Assembly: GCF_001194135.2 (NCBI RefSeq)
Contig: NC_068987.1
Span: 32,151,050-32,215,049 of the forward strand
Source of the DNA: Octopus bimaculoides
Taxonomy: Eukaryota
Reading direction: 5' to 3'
DNA: 64,000 nucleotides
Below, piece by piece: positions 1 through 14,848 of the stretch. The position numbers and the translations under genes are program-made. Every line of letters starts with the position of its first letter. Within the stretch, counting starts at the first letter, position 1. The notes beneath the pieces were generated by a model. It was not told where the DNA came from. It searched no databases and saw only the letters and a program-made list of their open reading frames with translations.

Positions 1-1197
1 GGAAAATAAAAGATAATTCACCAAATTGTTTATTTTACAACACATAGCAACCTGATGTATAATTTTAACACAAGTTTATTGGAGTATAAAGAAGCAATTT
101 ATTCAATGTCAACCTTCATTGTCCACCACAGCCTTCACATGCTGCCTGAAGGCAACACAACTCTTCATGATGAAGTACTCAGACATGTCCCACTCTTCCC
201 TCAGGACTTGCTTAAGATGATCAACACTTTGATGTGAAGTTCTGTTGGTAGAGTGCTCCAATTTGCCCCATACGGCATAGTCCAGGGGTTTCAAGTCTGG
301 GCTGGAAGAAGGCCAGAAGTTGGCAGGCCAAAAGTCAGCGAACTTGTCTTTGCAGAATTTCTGCACTTTCTTCACTGTATGTGCAGGAACACCATCTTGT
401 GTCCACACATAATTACCATTGGGGTAGTTAGATTTAAGCCAAGGCAGAACCTTATACCTCAGGACTTAATAATAAACTTCAACCAACACCTTTTCTCTGG
501 ACTTGGAAAAATGGCAAGGCATCTTTGTTACATCAAATGCCATGACTTGAGTTGGGTGCTTGATCCTAAAGACACCCTCTACTTCAGAAGGTGACTTAGC
601 AATGTATCATCATTGTTACAGTTTAAAACAGCATCAATGGTAAAGATTTTTTCATCTGAAAATATTTTGACGGTTTGTTCATTGTGCTTAAGGTATCGCA
701 ACATTTTTTTTGGCCCTTTCATGCTTTTGGCTTTCATTGCATGAGTCAGTAGGTGTCTCGGGGTCCTCTCATCCCAACTGTAAATCAGTGTGTGCAACAC
801 TTCTGATGGTCTTTGGATCAACTTTCATGTCCATGGGCAGTTTTCTCATGGATGTTGTTTGGTCTTTCAAAATTTTGGCTTTGAGAGATTTAAGAAATGC
901 ATTATCCCATTTTATGTTTATGCCTTCACTTTCTCTTGATGCCCCCCCCCCATATCTAGCATTCAGTAGACAGTGCTCACAGAGGCCCTGGCAGTATCAG
1001 CATTACATCTAATTGCAATGTATTGTCTCTTGGCTTCTTGAGTGGACATGCTAGATCGTATGACTGGAACTTCTGCTTAAATTAACTCTATATGCCTCCA
1101 CCCCGAAATAGAAAACAATACTTTAGTATTTACACTCAGGGATATATGAACAATAAAGGCTTCCAAAATGTTCAAAGTCTTGCTTCCTCACCCTGTA
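1..1197 (-). mobile_element. Decayed Tc1/mariner transposon, DD37D (maT-type) catalytic spacing; one terminus in the window
   Basis: Minus-strand frameshifted ORFs give IFSDEKIFTID (579-821) and QDGVPAH...WPSSSPDLKPLD (109-408), with 37 residues counted between the 2nd and 3rd Asp. Terminus CAGGGTG (plus caccctg 1189-1195) is followed by TA. Lies in a U2AF2 intron. Confidence 0.85.
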
Positions 1198-1421
1198 TAA
1201 CTGCTGTAAAAGTTGAGATACAAACTATACACTATTGTCTTTGTAACATATTTGATTCAAAGAGCATTATGTGGAGTTTTTGCTTTTAATTTCTCATAAG
1301 TTGTGGTTATAGCTGCATTGGTAGCTACTTCATATTTTGGTGTTTGTCCTTTTATTATCCTAATTTATGTTGTTAAAATTTCAAATCGATCTAACACAAT
1401 CTTAATTATTTTTATTTGTAG

Positions 1422-1592
<171 letters not shown>

Positions 1593-2406
1593 TAGTCTAA
1601 ACTTTTTTCTTGTCTAGCTGGAAATTTTACAATATTACAGCTACTTCACTGTGGCTTAGGTTGTTAACTATGTTGTGTATATATTTGTCTCAACAATTTA
1701 TATGCTTACATTTTAATTCATGAAAATATATATTCACAACATGCACTTAACTGATTTATAGAAAGTGTAGTGTTGTGAAGGGAACACACTTTCAAGGGTA
1801 AACTGTGTATAGATGGATTTACAGCTGGAAGGAATGTTGAACTGGCTCTTGGAAATGACTTGAAAATAAAAGATGTCTTTACCTCAAAATTATTTTGGCA
1901 TGAAGAAGGTTGATTGGACTTGGTAATGGTGGCTAGAGTGAGAAGTGAATGGTGTTTCTGAAAATAAAGGGAAAGGTATATGCTGTTTGTGTGTGAAGTA
2001 CCATAATTTATGGGAGTAATGGATACAGAGAATAGACTGAAAAGAGCAGAAATGAATGTTGGTGGCGGTGTGGGTGTCTTTTCCAACTGAAGCAAGGTTC
2101 TTTGTTGATGTGACAGTTCAAGACTTAGAGAAATTAAACCAAAACAGTTTTGATTGGATCCTGACAGCATAATTGTGTATAAGTTGGTTTGCACAAAGGT
2201 GTTTGTTCTCTCTCATTCAGTTTGGAGAACATATGTGTTCTTGGGGTGTTTACTACCAGTTGTATACTGAAATTGATTTAGTCATCTGTACCCTCTATTC
2301 TTTATATATTAGAAGCCTCAAATTATTGAATATATTTTATATATTATCAGAACTATTATTGATATTGGGTTTGCACATGTAATTGGAAAAAATATTTCTT
2401 TTGCAG

Positions 2407-2510
2407 ATATTGTTGAAGACGTCAAAGAGGAGTGTGGTAAATATGGTATTGTGCGTAGTCTTGAAATACCTCGTCCTATCAAAGGCATTGATGTACCTGG
2501 CTGTGGAAAG
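2407..2510 (+). CDS. U2AF2: U2AF65 exon, UHM (DIVEDVKEECGKYGIVRSLEIPRPIKGIDVPGCGK)
   Basis: Acceptor tttcttttgcag, donor AAG|gtgagt; 104 nt; in frame with both neighbouring exons. Confidence 0.97.
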
Positions 2511-2731
2511 GTGAGTATTCCATTTTGGTTAGATCTTTATATAGTAAATACTTTAGGGTGCATTCATGGCTGTGTAGATACAGAGTTCACTTTGTAACCA
2601 TGTGGGTTTTAGTCCTATCCTTGGGCAAATTTCTTCTCCTTTAACCTTGAGCTGGCAAGTGCTTTGTTAGTGAAATTGGCGGGTGGAAACTGAATGGAAT
2701 TTTGTTTTTGTGTGTTTGTTTGTATGTGTGC

Positions 2732-2773
<42 letters not shown>

Positions 2774-2779
2774 GTATGT

Positions 2780-2942
2780 ACAGGCGTAGCTGTGTTGTAA
2801 GAAGCTTGCTTCCTAACTGCATGGTTCCAGGTTCATTCTTGCTGCATGTTAACTTGGGCAAGTGTCTTCTACTATAACCTCAGGCTGACCAAATCCTTGT
2901 GAGTGGATTTGGTAGATGGACTTGGAAAGAAGCTGATCATAC

Positions 2943-2975
<33 letters not shown>

Positions 2976-3130
2976 CACTCTCTGAGTGGTTGGCGTTAGG
3001 AAGGGCATCCAGCTGTAGAAACTCTGCCAAATTAGATTGGAGCCGGGTGTTGCCATCCGGTTTCACCAGTCCTCAGTCAAATCGTCCAACCCATGCTAGC
3101 ATGGAAAGCGGACGTTAAACGATGATGATA
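2780..3130 (+). mobile_element. tRNA-derived CORE-like SINE (family A) with internal (TA)n and (GAT)n tail, intronic
   Basis: Head ggcgtagctgtgttgtaag, central ttgggcaagtgtcttctactata, tail ccatgctagcatggaaagcggacgttaaacgatgatgat. Same head recurs many times in the window. Confidence 0.8.
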
Positions 3131-5348
3131 TGTATGTATGCATATCTTTGTGTCTGTCCTTCACTACCGCTTGACAACCGGTGTTGATGTTTTTACATCC
3201 ATGTAACTTAGTGATTTATCAAAAGAGACTGATAGAATATGTTCATGTGTGCGTGAATGTTGTCATTCTGTATCTTTGTCACAGCCTGCTTGCAATGGTG
3301 ATATGGATATTCTCATTTTCTCTTAACATGGCAAGCTGCTTTGCCTTTTCAAAGACCAGTGGAATAATTTTTAAAAAAATCTTTTATTTGAAAAACTGGT
3401 AAGGGTTGGCAACAGAAAAAAATTTCTGATCTGACTAATATACTACCTCAGATCAGTCTTCATCCAATCCATGGAGAAACTGACAAAATGAAAAAAATTG
3501 ATATTTTCATTGATTCTATTACTGTATTCCTGTCTAAAATACATCCTTGTATTTCAATTAAATTATTGAATTTAGATTACTTTGTATCTAGCTGGAATAA
3601 CAAAGTGTAGTATAGGACTTTATAGAAGAAATCTGTACCTTATTGAATTTTCAATAGAACTTTTACACACATAGACAGATAGCATGAATTGCTATCATTT
3701 ATTGGTATTTGAAGAAATCAGTTCATGCCTGAATACACACACATCTCAGTAGGTTAATTGAAATTACACAATTTTAAACAATTGAAGTAGGATATTTGAA
3801 ATATAGTTACTTGTAAAATCAAAGTATATAAATTTCTTATATCTATTTATGCTTGGTAAAACAGAAAGAAAAAAATTCCTAAATTTCTTTCAGGTATGTA
3901 AAAGTTTGAAAATAACAGGCCAACAAAAAAGGTGTTTCCTCTATTGTTAAAATACTTGGACCTAAACTAGGGTTTTTTTTTTTTTTTTTGACACACTCTG
4001 ACATCCTATTATTGTCATCATGTCTAAATTTTAAGATACTGGGTCCATAGAATTTCCTTGCTTTTTCAGTAAAACAGCTTATGAGGAACAAGGCATAAGT
4101 TACAAACATAGAAATTGTTTTTCTTCGAAACCAGAACGTTTCCATACAGTTCTACTGAAGTAGTAGTAAAAATCTTAAAATTTCTGCAGTAAATTATATC
4201 ATTGTTTAATGCCTAATTTTCCATGAATTTGCATTTGGATAATTATCTTCAGTGCTGAGCCTCCTCAGGAAGATCATGAGCCTAGTTGATCATCTTAGTT
4301 GATCACCCACTGATAATTGTGAGGTTTGGGTATCTTGTTTCCATTTTTTGATTCAGCATATCAAAAAATTAAATAAATAAATAAAAAACTTCAAATCAGG
4401 TAAAGATGTCCTAACAAAATACCTATTAGGTTGTGTAATTAGTCTCCATTCTATGGAAGACTGGAATTGGAATAATCAGAACTGAATTAATGGGGTTTGT
4501 TTGATGAAGATTGATTAGGTATTCATTTTAGAAATATTATTCAGTTGTTTTCAATAGAAAATCAAAAGATCTATCTGTTAGGCTTTATTCTAAAAGCCAG
4601 TTTTGCTGTGTGTATCCTGGATTTTAGAATAGGTACACCATATCCCTGTATGTCTTAAGGCGGTAACTAAAAGGGTTGGCATCAAAAGAGAATTCAACTA
4701 AAAAACGTCTCGCTCCTCAATCCGTGGTTGTATGAAATAGCTGGCATAAAAATGTTATGTCACTTTTCCTTTGAAACTTCTTCAAATTTAGAATTATTAT
4801 TTAATCTGAAGTTTATTTAATTTTATAAAAGGTTACTAGAACAGAAATTCATCATAAAAATGTTGGATGGTGTACTGCAAGTGTTTGAATTTAAATTACT
4901 AAAACATTATAAAATGTCAATATTTTGATTTTAAAAATAAATAGGAAGACTCCTATGGTGTCAAAAGCTTTGGTAGAGGTATCAAGTGGTTTGGTAATTA
5001 AAGGTTATGTACATTGATCTTGTACTACTTGACTGGATAAAGGACCTACTGATTGGCAGCATGTGGTACTGCAGCAGACCCGTTCACTCACAGTAACATG
5101 TTCTCTTACTCAACAGTAATGTTTAGGAGCTGCAATGTTTACTGTCAGGTCCACATATGCTGCTCCTTGCTTTATTTCCTTAACACCTCCGCTCAGTTTC
5201 CTATTGCTTGTAGTCATGGTGGTAGTGGAGTAGGAGGAGACCCCCGAGTAAATTACAAGTCTGTGAAGCAATTGGTGTAGTGGGGACTGAATCCAATAAA
5301 AAGAACAGCAAAAGAAATGAAATCATTCCAAAAGAAAACGGTTACTAA

Positions 5349-5510
<162 letters not shown>

Positions 5511-6530
5511 TGGAAATCCCCGATCCCCCCAATTCTTTTTTTTTTTTGGTTCTCGCCTCTGCTTATAACAGTAACAATACCACCACCAACAACAAGAAGT
5601 TTGGTTTTTACTATTATATTATCTATTATGAAGAGAAAAGCAACACCTGATAGACCTAACAACAACTGAAAGAACGAAACTGGAACAACTACTACTTTAA
5701 AAGTACAGTACACCGTGTCATTTATCATCTTTTATTTTTTACGTTTCTGATAGGCTAAATGTACAATTTACTGTGTCATAACAACAACAACAACTAATAC
5801 AACTTTCTAATCACATTTGCAAACATGCATCCGTGGTGCATACATACACTCACATAACACATTCCTTCACCCACCCCATCCATCACCACCACCCTATTTC
5901 ATGATTTCATGTTTCAATTTTAAGCCACACTTATTTTTTTTTGTCTTGATAACCATCCTATCTCTTCCCCCTTATCCAACCAACCCTTTCCTCTTCAATG
6001 TTATTAAGGCACAGTATTATCTAATCTTCATCAAATACTATTACTACTACTGTTACTATTACATACTACTGCTACTACTACTAATAGTAATGATAATATT
6101 AATAAAAAATATAAAGTCTTTTCTTCAATGATTTCTTGATTTTTTTAATGTTTTTGTGGATGGTCGACTAGGTCTTCCCATTCTGTCCTTGCCATCCACT
6201 ATCAATGAGTTGTCTCTTACAACCCCGTTCCCTACACAACATGCATATAACTCTAGGTGTATAAATGCAATGCATGCGTATTATATTGGCAAATTGGCTG
6301 TCTTGAGTTCAAATCCCACTGAAGAAGTAATGTTTGCCTTGATAGAGCATTGAATAAGATTCCTTGTAGTATCTGTTCTGGGCATTGTGAGTTCAAATTC
6401 TGCCACATGTTATTATAGCCATATTGGGGACTGTTAGGAATTGATTCACAAATATCAACAACAGACAAAAACCTGCAGCGACAGTTTTCTTAGTTGAAGC
6501 AGAAGATTGACTACCACTGCGTCATATATA

Positions 6531-6571
<41 letters not shown>

Positions 6572-6692
6572 TGTATGTGTATATATCTACAAACATGTAT
6601 ATATGGATGTTAAATGATGATGATGTATGCTTATTTGTCCCTTTGTCTATACTAAGGGACAAATACTTTCTCATACTTAGAAATTCGTGTAT

Positions 6693-6738
<46 letters not shown>

Positions 6739-7970
6739 TCTCGTTGTCTCTCTCTCTTACTCACTGATATCCTACATTTTTTTCAGGCATACATATATGC
6801 AAACATATACTACCTTTTCCATGCATATTTGCTCATACCTCAACACACCTAAATACACTTCCCTCAGAAATGAAAAATTATCTTTAGTGCTGTGATTTTT
6901 GCTTTCTTGGTTTGTGAAGCAAGAAGTATCACTGGAAAAATAAGCTTGCATACAACCCAGTTCTTCTCTCTCTCTCTCTCCATCTGTTCTACACTATTTC
7001 AGATATTTCACACAAAACTGTCTGTCTGTCTCCTCTTCTTCAACTCTTCCCTAATCTAGCACATCCATGTTTTATCTCATGTCATGGGTTGGGACAGGAT
7101 AATAATTGATCAATACTCCTTTCAGCTTTATTAATTTTGTTTTCTCTTCAGTGTCCAATTTATAGTTTCTTACACTACTCATGAATGCTGGAGTACATAA
7201 CGTTCCAATTTACTATTTTAATTAAATTCTCTTGTAGATACTGCTGGGGTTATTTTAGAATATCAATGAACTACTTGTTAGATATGTGTAATATTAATAA
7301 CTGTAATAAAAGAACAATGAAATAAAATTGATAGTGTGTGTGTGTCTGTATTGGAAAAATAGCAATTATGACTTCTCAATGCTGTTGTAATTAAATTATT
7401 CCAATCAGGAACTCTATAGCATTGCACATGAAAAATATTTCAGTGTACAGCAGCATGTACCTTCATTATTGTTTTAGTTTTTCTGTCATGCTGAATATGT
7501 TAACTTCTTGTAATGTTATTGAATGTTGAAATAGCTGAAACTACAGAGAGGTCAACAACTTGGATGTTGGTGTGAAATTTTGTCTCTATAATCTTAGTTT
7601 AAATGTTGCTATGGTCAGTCATCTGCTGAAGTTGATATGATCTAATTTTGTATAAACTTCCAATGTATGTAAATCCTATTACATAATTAAGCTCCAGTTT
7701 AAAACAAAACAATATGAGTGCATGGTTTTCAGTACCAATCAATTGGCCTGTTGCTCTTTCCTTACCCAAATAATGTATTTATCATTTGATACCTTTGTAT
7801 TCATTATTTGTCTAAAATAAGTCAACAGTGTTAATTTTTAGCTAGATCATAGAAAGCACTATTATTTGATCACCCTAGAGTAAGGTTTAGTAAAGAATGC
7901 ATCCTATAAGTACTAGTGAGCCAACTGACTTTTGTTAATTAGTTTTGTACAGTGTAATAAATTGATGTAA
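5511..7970 (+). other. Probable long U2AF2 3' UTR with candidate AATAAA signals at 6101, 7305, 7321 and 7956
   Basis: Follows the stop codon; I saw no recognisable SINE in this stretch, only microsatellites. The true cleavage site cannot be determined from sequence. Confidence 0.4.
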
Positions 7971-10164
7971 GTGAATGTTACCATTAGCAGAAACTAGTGT
8001 GAACATGAATCATCATACTACATGTCTTTTCTTCCATGTTGGCATGGATCAGGCAGGTCAGTTCCAACAGTAAACTGGCTACTTGATTATCTGACACATG
8101 TAACAGATAAAACCAGCTGTCTGTTGTGTATGTCGTGGTTTGTTTTTTTCTTTTGGGTTGGGGTCTATTCCTTTCAACAACCATTTTACTGCTGGACTGA
8201 GTGCTTTTTTTCACCATGTCACTGGCACTTCTGCTTGGAGGTACACTGACTGGATAAGGTGTTCTTCAGGGTGTATATTATTCTGGGTGTACTGTATGAA
8301 TATTACCCACCTAACATGGTAAATTTTCTTCAAAATTATTGTTTTTGAAATATCATTTGACAGTGAACTGTTAGTGTCAGACAGTATGCCTTATAGTATC
8401 TGTTAGGGTCCTTTGCTCTCTGACAATGCCTGAGATGACACTAGTGCCAAGCAGTAGTCTTCTAAGGCAGGTAATAAGGGTTGGGATGGGGTTTTTCCTT
8501 TGGACAACATTGGTGGCATGGAGAAGGGAGACTTGCATGCATGACCAAGTGCCTGTCTTCCAGATAAAAAAAAAATATATATATATAATAACCTTGTCAA
8601 GAACTGCACATATAGATACACTTACATTGTCTCACTGATAGAATCCCTAGAGATGGTTTTAGATTAGTAAAAGGACAGCCATTGTATCAATATATCAACA
8701 AACCAATTCATCAAAGAGGACCATTTGATATTCACAAATACAGCTGATATGTATGAAGTTGATCATTTATGTCCCCTTGGAAAGGTTGAGAATAGTGTTT
8801 AAAGTTTTACTTTTAATTATTGCATATATATTTTAGAATATATCAAACGATGGAAGATTTGTAAGTTATATTTTGAGTGGATCAACAAAATAATTGCCTT
8901 CTACTAATGTATGTGATAGTCATCATCATTTAATATCAGCTTTCCTTACTGGCATACTGGTTGGACAGTTTAATAGGCTCTGATTGGTCATTAGATACAT
9001 TCTTGCACCAATATTTCAGTTTCGGCATGATTTCTATAGCTGAATGCCTTTCCTAGTGCCAACCACTTTAAAGCATGTATTGAGTGCATTATTTTGTGGT
9101 TCCAGTACTGGTGGGGTCCCAAGATGAGAGAGCTAACCTGTTAGGGAAGGTGACAAGAGAAAGAGTGGTGCCTTAGTTGAGGTGCTGAGTGGTTAAGCTA
9201 CATGTGATGGGATAAGTTTGTTATCAGAGTACAGGTGGAGAAACTTAAGACAATATTGCAGAGAATGGGATGGTAGAAAGAAAACAGTAATTGGGTGCAC
9301 GAGTCACTTAAAAGGAAGGCAGTAGGATGAGTTGTGTAAGAGGAGATATAGAGCTACACAAGCAGTAATTATGGGTGGATGGAATGATACTAGAAGGAGA
9401 AAGGTCATGGTGCCACAGAATCAAAGTAATACTCATGTCAGTGAATAGGAGAGAGAGAATGGTGTCAGGATCATGACTGATAAAATGTAATTAACAATTA
9501 GGTTTCTGTTAGATGGTAGATACAGAAAGTGAAAATGTACCAATCAAATCTCTGAAAATCCCTGATAGAAATAATAATAAATAGCTAATGTATCAGGAAA
9601 CTTTCAAGAAAGAATTAAGAAATATAACTAGAAAATAGAAACCCAGAAAGACATCATCATCATCATGTTAATGTCCATGTTTGCATGGGCCAGACAGAAT
9701 TTTTTTTTTTTTTTTTTTTTTTTTCAACACTCATTTTGCCCTCCCTATCACTAGTCTTGTAACAAGATGATATTTCCCTGTAGTGAGACATGTTTTCATT
9801 GAAGATTGGAAACCATTGACATAGCTGCTATGATGGTGATGCTTATTTATATCTACAATAAGGTCAAAACAAGAAAACAAACACTTACAATGGATTCCTT
9901 TCTGTTTCTATCTACCAAATCCACTAATAATGTTTTGGTCAGCCCATGGCTATACTAGAAAACACCTCAAGTTATCACACAGCCGGACTAAGACCTTAAG
10001 GCAATTCAGCATAACATAGAATCAAGTAGAACAGATCCAGAAAAAGTTATGAGACAGTTCTAACAGTAATTAAAAATCTAAGATTAATATGGGAATTTAT
10101 GCAAGTTAAATCAATAATTAAGAAAAAAATAGGTGACCTTTATGTGTATCAGAATAATTTACCT

Positions 10165-10385
10165 TTAACCCTCTAGCATTCAGATTGCTCTGTCAAATGT
10201 AATGCTTATTTATTCATTGTTTTGAATTAATTACCAATTATCTCATAGCTTTGGGATTTTGGTGATGTGATTGTATATTTTTAGAATGCATTGTAGAGTA
10301 GGTGTGAGAGGCTTGATCTGGCCAGTTTGAGTGTAAAACAGAATATTTGAGCTGGATATGGTCAGTTTAAATGCTAATGGCTTAA
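10165..10385. mobile_element. piggyBac-type MITE
   Basis: TTAA at both ends (10165-10168, 10382-10385) with imperfect TIRs ccctctagcatt / aatgctaatggc (9/12). Confidence 0.6.
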
Positions 10386-11370
10386 AGAAATTAGAGGATG
10401 GTAAACATAGCTTTACATACTTGCAAATTTCTATTTAATAATGAGGATTTAGGTTATATTCCTTGCTCAGACAATAACAAGGTTAAAAAATCCTGTGAAT
10501 TACATTAGTATGAGAGAAATGGCAATTAAAAAAGTTAACATTTTATGGTGAGTAAATCACCAGCAATTAATAATGTATATCTCCAATGGCTTAAAGAAGA
10601 GACAAGAATATTACAACAAGCTCTTGACAATACTGCAGTAACAATACTTAATTTGAAGACAATTACCAGATGTGACAGGAAAAGACAAAGGAAACAGGAT
10701 TCTTGTGAAAGAAATTTTGTTTTCTTATTTGGAAAATCGAAATAAATTAGGAATGGACAGAATATATGGATAAAGACATGGGAATAAGTTATTTTCTTGG
10801 AGTTTTGATTATACATTCAATACGGTGTCACTCTGAGGGTGAATAAAAATAAATCAACATGGAATGATGTGACATCAGGAACCCCTTATGAGTTTGGCAC
10901 CACTGCCTTGTAATATATATTGATGACAGCACAAAATGTTATCACAAACCTTTACCCTAGTTGATGATTCCACGTTTCCTTCATTGCAACTTATAAGACT
11001 ATGATAAACTTCAAGGACTCTATACAACGTGCTAAATAAGAGTAATGTAAAGCTGTTACCTTTCCATTCACACAAATGCAGACACCTCCATACAAGTGAA
11101 TGAGGAAAAGAGGGTACACAAATATGAATGGATGTCTTTTATCTTTTACTTGTTTCAATCATTAGACTGTGGCCTTCTGGGACACCACCTTGAAGAACTT
11201 TTTGTCAAATGAATTGACCCCAGTACTTATTTTTTAAAGCCTGCTGCTTATTCTATCAATCTCTTGCCGAACCACTAAATTTCGGGGGATGTAAACACAC
11301 CAACACTTGTTATCAAGTTGTGATGGGGGACAAACACAGACTCAAAAGTCACACAGTTATTTATCTATCA

Positions 11371-11770
11371 TCATTTAAAATCCGTTTTCCCTGTTAGCAT
11401 GGGTTGGATGGTTTGACAAGCTGACCAGATGAAGGGCTGTTCTAGCTCCATGTCTGTTTCGGCATGGTTCCTATGGCTGGATGTCCTTCCTGATGCCAAC
11501 CACTTTACAGAGTGTACTGGGTGCTCTTGCACAGCACTGGTATGGGTGTTTTTACGTGGCACCAGCACTTATGAGCCTGCAAGATTAGGGATGCTTTTGT
11601 CTATATATGGCATGTTTCTTTCAGTTTCTGTCTACCAAATCCATTCACAAGGCTTTGGTTCACCTAAGGCTATAGTAAAAGACACTTGCCTAATGTGCCA
11701 CACAGAGGGACTGAACCTTGGACAGTGTGAATAGGAAGCAAGCTCTTTACCACAGCCACACCTGCACCTG
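11371..11770 (-). mobile_element. Family A SINE, old CpG-decayed copy
   Basis: Reverse complement of the family A head/core plus the gcatgggttggatgg tail. Confidence 0.7.
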
Positions 11771-12751
11771 ATAAAAAGTTTTAATTACTTAATGTATGGT
11801 AGGATCTCATCTGTATTAACTAACTTCAATTTGGCCTTGCTACATGAAAGAAATCCTGGGACCAAAGAGGTGGAAAGAATTTGTCAAACTTGAAAAAGAC
11901 AAATCAGAGCAGTTATCTGAGAAATAATGCAAAATGGTAAATGAACATTGTGAAGAAGATTTATGTTAGTTTATGTCCGAAATAGACCATAGGTCAGTGT
12001 TTCTTAATATGTGGGGCTGTGAGGATTGGAAAAGGTTGAACAAATTGCAATGAGATAGTTTTGAACAGTTTAATTTTGTTCAGAAGGAAGAAAGAATTAT
12101 ATGGAAGCAAAAGCAGATGTGGTTTGATGCACCACATACCAAACAAATCATGAGTCCCATATAGAGGCTCCTAAAAATCTTGTACTGAAAAACTACATCA
12201 TACACAATCTATTTTATTTTTGAAACTGAAAATAACCTAGAAATTGCTTCATTTAGGTGTACATCAAACTTTTCAAACTACTACCCATGAAACTCAAGAC
12301 CACAGTATTTTTAAAGCGATTTCAGTTTTTTCACTTTCTAGATCCAATCGTATTTATATGCATGCATATATTAATCGTATTTCACCCAAAACGTTCTTTG
12401 ATAGCATTTTATCAAAGGTTAAAAAAAGAACGAAACATTTTTCTGGTCATGACGTTATCTCCCCTCTGTAGTCCAGATTCCAAACTGCCAAGGAATGTCT
12501 TGGAATAGGAAAAGGACTTTGTTTTGATGTCGGCTAGTGAAATAGTTACTGATATTTATTTATTTCAGAATAATCTGCTATATACGAAGACAATCTCAGT
12601 ACAAAGGGTAACTATAAAGTCATCCTTCCTTCCACGTCGCCTATTTTCCTTTTTTTTACTTCAAATAACAAATGTCATTGTCTCTCTGAGCTTGCATTTT
12701 CGCTCTCTCTCTCTCCATCTATCTATCTATCTATTCGAACATTACTGAAAG

Positions 12752-12800
12752 ATGCCGGTTAAATGGAATCTGAACGACATAACCGAGAACAAAGTGGCAA
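12752..12800 (+). CDS. Candidate first coding exon of an unidentified gene (MPVKWNLNDITENKVA)
   Basis: ATG at 12752, open frame to a strong donor CAA|gtgagt at 12801 (phase 1), within a CpG-retaining region. No homology recognised. Confidence 0.35.
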
Positions 12801-13884
12801 GTGAGTGCATGACATCAAATTTATTAGCTCAAAACCCTCCAGAGTCTACTTAACCTTTCATTCTTGTTTTGGTGTTGATAGTGTAATTCTTTTACGACCA
12901 AATAATGTATAAAGGAGTTGGATTCAGACCATTATATTGATACATTATTACGTTACGTCTACAAAAGGATTGAAGACTGGCCGCATTATTGCAATAGTAA
13001 ATAGCGTCATATTCAATCCATATCAGTTTCCTTATTTTGTTCTGGTGGTATTTGTATTCCTGATTGGGTTGGATGTGAGAGAATAGAGTCTATGCAGTAT
13101 TTTGATATGCTAGAAATAATTGCTGTAAAAATAAAAATTTAAAAAAAGGGAAAGCGAAAAATGGCAAGATGGTCACCACTGTCTTTCATCTTACGTCTGT
13201 TCTATCGTCGTGAACCTAGAGTTAAAGAACGGGAGGCAGTTGATATTGTATACACAACATACACGAATCATAAAGCAACAAACTTTACTAACAATGGGGA
13301 ATGTGTAAAAGCATAAGGATTAACTTAACGAAACGAAATGAAAGTATTTACTTTCATTTTGAATAACCTAGGAAACAAATATATCTGACTGAACGAAACA
13401 AATATATCATTATTTAAAAGTCACATTAAATGGAGATATAATAATTTGAAAGGTTATCTTTGGTTTTTGTAAGTGGAAAAAAACCCATTTAGGTAACTTG
13501 GTATTCATTCGGAAACGTTAAAAATTTTTAGATGGTGTAATAATACAGGATAAGAGCCAATAGAAATTTCTAAGCGATACTAACATTTAGTTTTCATTTC
13601 GTATTTTAAGAAAACATTTTTATACAATTGGGTAATCTTCCAGTTTAGGGAGGTAAAAAAAAAGTAAATAAAAATACAAGGGAAATAACTTAACGTCTTA
13701 CTAGTATTATCCGTACTACTCTGAAATGTGTTTTTTTTTTTTTTAGCTGTTTATAAATAAATCACACGTGATTGAAGTTAACTGTTTATATATAAATCAC
13801 ACAAGTGATTGAATATTATAGTACCAGCTGCACAACAACTTATGGTAATCTTCCTGCATAGGGAAATAACGGTCAAACTAAAGC

Positions 13885-14848
13885 NNNNNNNNNNNNNNNN
13901 NNNNNNNNNNNNNNNNNNNNNNNNNNNNNNNNNNNNNNNNNNNNNNNNNNNNNNNNNNNNNNNNNNNNNNNNNNNNNNNNNNNNNNNNNNNNNNNNNNNN
14001 NNNNNNNNNNNNNNNNNNNNNNNNNNNNNNNNNNNNNNNNNNNNNNNNNNNNNNNNNNNNNNNNNNNNNNNNNNNNNNNNNNNNNNNNNNNNNNNNNNNN
14101 NNNNNNNNNNNNNNNNNNNNNNNNNNNNNNNNNNNNNNNNNNNNNNNNNNNNNNNNNNNNNNNNNNNNNNNNNNNNNNNNNNNNNNNNNNNNNNNNNNNN
14201 NNNNNNNNNNNNNNNNNNNNNNNNNNNNNNNNNNNNNNNNNNNNNNNNNNNNNNNNNNNNNNNNNNNNNNNNNNNNNNNNNNNNNNNNNNNNNNNNNNNN
14301 NNNNNNNNNNNNNNNNNNNNNNNNNNNNNNNNNNNNNNNNNNNNNNNNNNNNNNNNNNNNNNNNNNNNNNNNNNNNNNNNNNNNNNNNNNNNNNNNNNNN
14401 NNNNNNNNNNNNNNNNNNNNNNNNNNNNNNNNNNNNNNNNNNNNNNNNNNNNNNNNNNNNNNNNNNNNNNNNNNNNNNNNNNNNNNNNNNNNNNNNNNNN
14501 NNNNNNNNNNNNNNNNNNNNNNNNNNNNNNNNNNNNNNNNNNNNNNNNNNNNNNNNNNNNNNNNNNNNNNNNNNNNNNNNNNNNNNNNNNNNNNNNNNNN
14601 NNNNNNNNNNNNNNNNNNNNNNNNNNNNNNNNNNNNNNNNNNNNNNNNNNNNNNNNNNNNNNNNNNNNNNNNNNNNNNNNNNNNNNNNNNNNNNNNNNNN
14701 NNNNNNNNNNNNNNNNNNNNNNNNNNNNNNNNNNNNNNNNNNNNNNNNNNNNNNNNNNNNNNNNNNNNNNNNNNNNNNNNNNNNNNNNNNNNNNNNNNNN
14801 NNNNNNNNNNNNNNNNNNNNNNNNNNNNNNNNNNNNNNNNNNNNNNNN
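13885..14848. other. Assembly gap; others at 21693-21826, 34100-34109, 46452-46843, 56265-56824 and 60154-60940
   Basis: N runs. Confidence 1.

Noticed and set aside
13161-13316. 51-codon ORF MARWSPLSFILRLFYRREPR... and an antisense 21-nt microexon-like segment
   Set aside because: No recognisable homology or supporting exon; expected by chance at this length.
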